Made by a program: the position numbers and the translations under genes | Shown here: one piece after another, positions 25,503 through 29,546 of the stretch | Numbering within the stretch: the first letter of the stretch is position 1 | Layout: each line of letters starts with the position of its first letter | Origin: a virus | Taxonomy: Duplodnaviria; Caudoviricetes | DNA length: 29,546 nt | Virus record (IMG/VR): IMGVR_UViG_3300031861_000010 | Span: 1 to 29,546 of that record | Reading direction: 5' to 3' (one strand) | Notes under the pieces: model-generated | Database searches by the model: none | The model's input: only the letters and a program-made list of their open reading frames with translations | What the model was told of the DNA's origin: nothing

Positions 25503-26036
25503 TTATGAAGCCTTGGCCAGCTTAGCAGTCAAAAGCGCTTCAATACGGGCAAATTCAGCGCGCAATGTGTCAAGCGTGTTGTATGTGCAAAGCATGTATT
25601 CTTCGGCCTGCTTCTGCTGGCGGTCGCGTGCCTTTTCAGCTAAGTCAACGATTTTTTGCTCGGCCTGCTCTTTAGTAGGCGGAACGACTGGCACTATCTC
25701 TTTTTTAGCGCCTTTGCGACTGGATTTAATAACTACCATTTGCTTTACTTTGCCTTTATTGAAAAGCTCAGCAGTAAGGCGATTAATTAGAGCACGGTAA
25801 CTTTCGCTTCTGCCAGCTAAGTGTAAAAAGTAAGCGGCCTGTTCAAGTTGTTGCTTGCCCGCTAAGCCATCCACCATATAACCGCGTATGCGGTCACTGA
25901 GTGTGCTCTCGGTTGCCTTTGCCTTGTCATCAGCATTTAGCCAGCTATTAAGCTCTTTTTTGAAATCAGCGTCAAGCGGTGGCAAGTCAGCGTTGTATAT
26001 TGTTTTTGCGTTGTTTGTGTTTTTCTTGTTTGTCAT
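25503..26036 (-). CDS. First early gene, hypothetical helical protein (177 aa)
   Basis: RBS AAGGA; own promoter and terminator; no family recognised. Confidence 0.75.
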   Translation of the reverse strand: MTNKKNTNNAKTIYNADLPPLDADFKKELNSWLNADDKAKATESTLSDRIRGYMVDGLAGKQQLEQAAYFLHLAGRSESYRALINRLTAELFNKGKVKQMVVIKSSRKGAKKEIVPVVPPTKEQAEQKIVDLAEKARDRQQKQAEEYMLCTYNTLDTLRAEFARIEALLTAKLAKAS

Positions 26037-26102
26037 GGTATTTCCTTTTATGATTGCCTAGCGTTTTATAAAATAGGCACGCAGGGCGCAAGCCATAAAA
26101 GA

Positions 26103-26132
26103 ATTTTAACACGGCATACGGCCACACGTCAA
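26103..26132 (-). promoter_or_regulatory. sigma70-type early promoter
   Basis: TTGACG-18 bp-TAAAAT with a TGn extension on the - strand. Confidence 0.7.
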
Positions 26133-26162
26133 GCGCATAACGGACTATTTGCACACAATAAA

Positions 26163-26184
26163 CTTGTAACAGTGTTACGCTTTT
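26163..26184. repeat. 22-bp operator-like box, copy 2
   Basis: Identical to 25332-25353. Confidence 0.85.
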
Positions 26185-26308
26185 TCAACGCCACGCTTAA
26201 AACTTCGCGCTGTATCGTTATTAGTGAGGGATATATAAATTCACACGCACACGCCACGAATAAAAAACAAAATTGCCTTGGTGTATTAGCAAATGCTAAT
26301 GTATAAAT

Positions 26309-26338
26309 GCCACGCATTCCCGCCACGCATTCCCGCCA
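26309..26338. repeat. 13-bp tandem repeat (GCCACGCATTCCC x2.3)
   Basis: Read directly from the sequence. Confidence 0.85.
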
Positions 26339-26405
26339 AAATGAATAACCAAGCGTGGCAGTCGGGTATTATTAATCACACACACGGAGTGGGGGTATTC
26401 GAAGA

Positions 26406-26437
26406 AAACGCGCGGGTACGCACCCCAAACGCGCGGG
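26406..26437. repeat. 11-bp direct repeat AAACGCGCGGG, 21-bp period
   Basis: Copies at 26406-26416 and 26427-26437. Confidence 0.8.
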
Positions 26438-26614
26438 GCTAAAAACGGGGAAACCCACCTCTATGTAAAATTATTTTTTTTACATTTCCAGCCTGCTGTT
26501 GCTGTACCAGATGGCATCCGCTCACGAAATAGCCACGTGTAAAATAGGCCCACATACATTCCCAGAATCGGGCACAATAATATAACCCTGTATTCCAACC
26601 TATTTATTTAGAAA

Positions 26615-26629
26615 TATGGTATAATATTG
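26615..26629 (+). promoter_or_regulatory. Extended -10 promoter for the late (terminase) arm
   Basis: TATGGTATAATATTG, 14/15 identical to the promoter at 21638-21652. Confidence 0.65.
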
Positions 26630-26779
26630 TTTATCTAAACTGATAAAGTTAAGACACAAACCTAGCATAGAAGCTAAGCAAACAAAGTGTGAAGCTTTCA
26701 GTATATATAATACATAATAGTATATAGAACAGCATCAACATACTTAGTATGGACGCTAGGTATGTATATAAACAATATT
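26623..26779. repeat. Long imperfect inverted repeat upstream of terS
   Basis: AATATTGTTTAT/ATAAACAATATT (12 bp perfect) enclosing ACCTAGC/GCTAGGT and CTAAG/CTTAG. Confidence 0.7.
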
Positions 26780-26841
26780 CAAACTATGTCTAGTTTATAG
26801 TATTTAATAGTATTTAATTTTATAGTGTATAATAATAGTGT

Positions 26842-27423
26842 ATGGCTAAGAAAGGATTTGCAGAGGTAAACTCTAAAGAGGATGCTAAGCTGCTAGAGAA
26901 AGAACTGATTGAAGAAGCTAAGTTTGCTGTGGCATCTGCTACAGGCATTGTACCTAGTGACGCTGTAATTAAGATTGAGCGTAAAATAGGCAGACCAACT
27001 ATAGACAACGCAGGTGAAACTAGAGTTGCTGGAGGTAAGAAGTCTAGGAACAAGAGAGGTTCTAAGTATAAGCCTACAGATGATGACTATAGTAAGGTAG
27101 AGGAAATGGTAACTATTGGGCTTGACCAGCACACAATAGCAAAGGTAATGGGTATTAGTAATGCTACCCTTACAAAGTACTTTCAGCATAACCTTACAAT
27201 TGGTAAAGAAAAGAGGTCAGCCAGAGTAGCAGGAGTAGCCTATGAAATGGCAGTATCCGGAGACAGTCCAAGTATGACAGCATTCTGGCTTAAGACCCAA
27301 TGTGGTTGGAACACTAAACAACACGTTGTGGTTGAAGACAGGAACTTTGACATACAATGGGCTAATGATGCTACTGATATAGCTGACGCTAACGGAAGGG
27401 AAGAGAAAGACAAGCTACACTAG
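26842..27423 (+). CDS. terS: Terminase small subunit (HTH type)
   Basis: IAKVMGISNATLTKYF HTH; AVSGD..MTAFWLKTQCGW motif; directly upstream of terL. Confidence 0.8.
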   Translation: MAKKGFAEVNSKEDAKLLEKELIEEAKFAVASATGIVPSDAVIKIERKIGRPTIDNAGETRVAGGKKSRNKRGSKYKPTDDDYSKVEEMVTIGLDQHTIAKVMGISNATLTKYFQHNLTIGKEKRSARVAGVAYEMAVSGDSPSMTAFWLKTQCGWNTKQHVVVEDRNFDIQWANDATDIADANGREEKDKLH

Positions 27424-27450
27424 AAAGACGTATTAAAGGGAAAGAAGTGT

Positions 27451-28740
27451 ATGGAAGAGGGGAGACGCAGTATAGTAATACCCTATACACCTAGGGAATT
27501 ACAGAAACATTTACATACAAACTTGGCTAGATTCAATGTTGTTGTATGTCACAGGCGGTTTGGTAAGACTGTATTTGCTATTAATGAGCTTATTAAGAGC
27601 AGTGTAGAAGACATCCAGTCTGGTAAGAGAGCGCCTAGGTATGCTTACTTAGCGCCTTTATTCAAGCAAGCTAAGACCGTTGCTTGGGATGAGTTAAAGA
27701 GATTATGTGGCAGCTTTCCTGATGTTAAGTTTAACGAGGCAGAGCTAAGAGCTGACTTCCTAGGTGCTAGGATACAGTTATATGGTGCAGATAATCCAGA
27801 CACCCTTAGGGGAATTTATTTGGATGGTGTCATCTTAGACGAGTATGCCCAGATGAACCCTAAGATGTACAGTGAGGTAATAAGACCTGCACTGTCAGAC
27901 AGAAAGGGGTACGCAATATTTATTGGTACACCCAAAGGTAAGAACGAATTTTATGATTTATATCACACTGCGCCCGATAAGAAGGGATGGGCAAGGTTCT
28001 TGTTCAAAGCAAGTGAAACAGGAATATTAGACGATGAAGAGCTTGAACTTGCGCAACAGGATATGGCAGAAACTGAGTACGAACAAGAGTATGAGTGTTC
28101 TTGGTCTGCTGCTCTTAGAGGGGCTTATTATGCTAAAGAGATTGAGGCTGCTTACGAGGGCGAAAGGGTTGGTAAAGTACCTTATGACCCTAGTAAACAG
28201 GTTGTTACATCGTGGGACTTGGGAGTAGCAGACGCTACTGCTATTTGGTTTGCACAGTTTGACGGCAAAGCAATTAACATAATAGATTATTATGAAAGTT
28301 CAGGAGAAGGTTTACCACATTATATCGATGTCCTCAACGCAAAAGGTTATCGCTACGGTGCTCATATTGCACCACACGATATTGTCGTTAGGGAGTTTTC
28401 TACCGGTAAGTCACGCAAGGACCTTGCTTTTAGTTTAGGTATAGACTTTCAAGTAGCACCTAAACTACGTGTTATGGATGGTATTGAGACTACTAGAACT
28501 ACGTTAAACAAGTGTTGGTTTGATGAAGAAAAGACAACAAAAGGTCTAGAAGCTTTACTCCAATACCGTAGTAGTTACAATGACAAGAAAAAGATTTGGT
28601 CGCAGAAGCCAGTACACGACTGGACTTCTCATGCCTCAGATGCCTTCCGTTACTTGTGTGTAACAGATGTAGTATTCACAGGCGCAGACAGTGTATGGGG
28701 ACGGGAACTCCCAAAGCAGAATTTAGATTGGATAGTATAA
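27451..28740 (+). CDS. terL: Terminase large subunit
   Basis: Walker A HRRFGKT; LRG; Walker B VILDE; GTPKG; nuclease WDLG and HASDAFRY. Confidence 0.95.
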   Translation: MEEGRRSIVIPYTPRELQKHLHTNLARFNVVVCHRRFGKTVFAINELIKSSVEDIQSGKRAPRYAYLAPLFKQAKTVAWDELKRLCGSFPDVKFNEAELRADFLGARIQLYGADNPDTLRGIYLDGVILDEYAQMNPKMYSEVIRPALSDRKGYAIFIGTPKGKNEFYDLYHTAPDKKGWARFLFKASETGILDDEELELAQQDMAETEYEQEYECSWSAALRGAYYAKEIEAAYEGERVGKVPYDPSKQVVTSWDLGVADATAIWFAQFDGKAINIIDYYESSGEGLPHYIDVLNAKGYRYGAHIAPHDIVVREFSTGKSRKDLAFSLGIDFQVAPKLRVMDGIETTRTTLNKCWFDEEKTTKGLEALLQYRSSYNDKKKIWSQKPVHDWTSHASDAFRYLCVTDVVFTGADSVWGRELPKQNLDWIV

Positions 28741-28749
28741 GGAGAGGAT

Positions 28750-28893
28750 ATGAGTATTAACCCACATTGGTTGACTAGAAAGATTGAAGAGATGGCTAAG
28801 GATATTAAGGATATTAAGGACATAATGAAATTGGTCCAGAATCAGCCCCAAGCCAAGGACACAACCAAATACCCTATTAATAAAGGTAAATAA
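28750..28893 (+). CDS. Small hypothetical protein (47 aa), not in the ORF track
   Basis: RBS AAGGAGAGG; MSINPHWLTRKIEEMAKDIKDIKDIMKLVQNQPQAKDTTKYPINKGK; 9-bp tandem AAGGATATT. Confidence 0.6.
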   Translation: MSINPHWLTRKIEEMAKDIKDIKDIMKLVQNQPQAKDTTKYPINKGK

Positions 28894-28896
28894 TTT

Positions 28897-29546
28897 ATGG
28901 CAAAGATGACAAAGAGAGAACTGGCTGCACACCTAGAAGGGGAAATTACCTCTGCTCTAGGACACAGTGAAGGCAAGCTCTCACAACAAAGAGCCGACGC
29001 TCTTGACAGGTACTATGGTAAAGAATATGGTAACGAACAAGAAGGTCGCTCTAAGATTGTCACTAGAGATGTAGCTGATGTAATAGAATGGATTATGCCA
29101 AGCCTGATGAAGATATTCACAGGTGGTGATAAGGTAGTGAAGTTTGAGCCACAAGGCCCAGAGGACATGGAATCCGCAGAACAAGCTACAGATTACACAA
29201 ATTATGTAATGATGCGCCAGAACCCGGGATTCAGTATTATATATAACTGGTTCAAGGATGCACTACTACAGAAGAATGGTATTGTAAAGCAGTACTGGGA
29301 TGATACTACTGAAGTACTTAGAGAGGAATACAAAAACCTTACTGAGGAAGAGTTCTTTGCTCTTCTAGCTGATGACAATGTAGAAGTAAAAGAACATACA
29401 GTAAATAGTGGTGAAGAGGGAGATGTATTATCACTAGTACCACAACAAGTATTACATGATGTGGTTGTAAACAGAACATACGAGGACGGTCAAGTAAGAA
29501 TTGAGAACGTGCCTCCTGAAGAATTCTTAATTAATAAATATGCAAA
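28897..29546 (+). CDS. Portal protein (partial, runs off the right edge)
   Basis: MAKMTKREL...RADALDRYYG..GNEQEGRSKIVTRDVADVIEWIMPSLMKIF...FEPQGPED...WFKDALLQKNGIVK; follows terL. Confidence 0.85.
   Translation, partial: MAKMTKRELAAHLEGEITSALGHSEGKLSQQRADALDRYYGKEYGNEQEGRSKIVTRDVADVIEWIMPSLMKIFTGGDKVVKFEPQGPEDMESAEQATDYTNYVMMRQNPGFSIIYNWFKDALLQKNGIVKQYWDDTTEVLREEYKNLTEEEFFALLADDNVEVKEHTVNSGEEGDVLSLVPQQVLHDVVVNRTYEDGQVRIENVPPEEFLINKYA

Noticed and set aside
14687-25800. + strand ORFs opposite nrdJ, polA, primase and the early genes
   Set aside because: They lie within convincing - strand genes that tile with coupled starts and stops; no motifs
26040-26840. tRNA genes or a coding ORF (26129-26326) in the large intergenic region
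   Set aside because: No cloverleaf or T-loop consensus seen; the ORF has no RBS and crosses repeats and a promoter
21380-26841. CRISPR array or mini-array linked to the Cas4-like gene
   Set aside because: No repeat-spacer periodicity; the 22-bp boxes are 831 bp apart and the 16-18 bp boxes are degenerate and partly inverted
13972-28740. Introns, inteins or homing endonucleases in nrdJ, polA, primase-helicase or terL
   Set aside because: All are uninterrupted and compact, with motifs at normal spacing
1-29546. Stop-codon reassignment or programmed frameshift
   Set aside because: TAA, TAG and TGA all end genes that tile tightly under the standard code; no split conserved gene is evident

Overview
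About 29.5 kb of a dsDNA tailed phage (podovirus-like) with two oppositely transcribed arms. The + strand late arm appears in two pieces: terminase small and large subunits and the start of the portal (26842-29546), and tail fibre/adhesin, small membrane proteins, tail tubular protein, ejection/internal virion proteins and an ADP-ribosyltransferase-like gene (1-12414). The - strand arm (26036 down to 12398) holds small early genes, then SSB, T7-like primase-helicase, family A DNA polymerase (Tyr762 type), DUF3310, a Cas4-like nuclease, class II (B12-dependent) ribonucleotide reductase and a RusA-like resolvase. I see no RNA polymerase, integrase, tRNA or CRISPR array. The layout resembles Zobellviridae/SIO1-like marine phages (inference from gene content). 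The most unusual signals are non-coding. Two AT-rich loci 5 kb apart (21.5-21.65 kb before ssb and 26.6-26.8 kb before terS) share the same extended -10 promoter, a pair of 16-18 bp boxes and an identical 13-mer at near-identical spacing. The ssb copy opens a ~255-nt leader that folds into four hairpins with strand-specific G-U pairs. A 22-bp palindromic box also brackets the first early gene. All protein calls come from motif recognition by eye; no searches were run.
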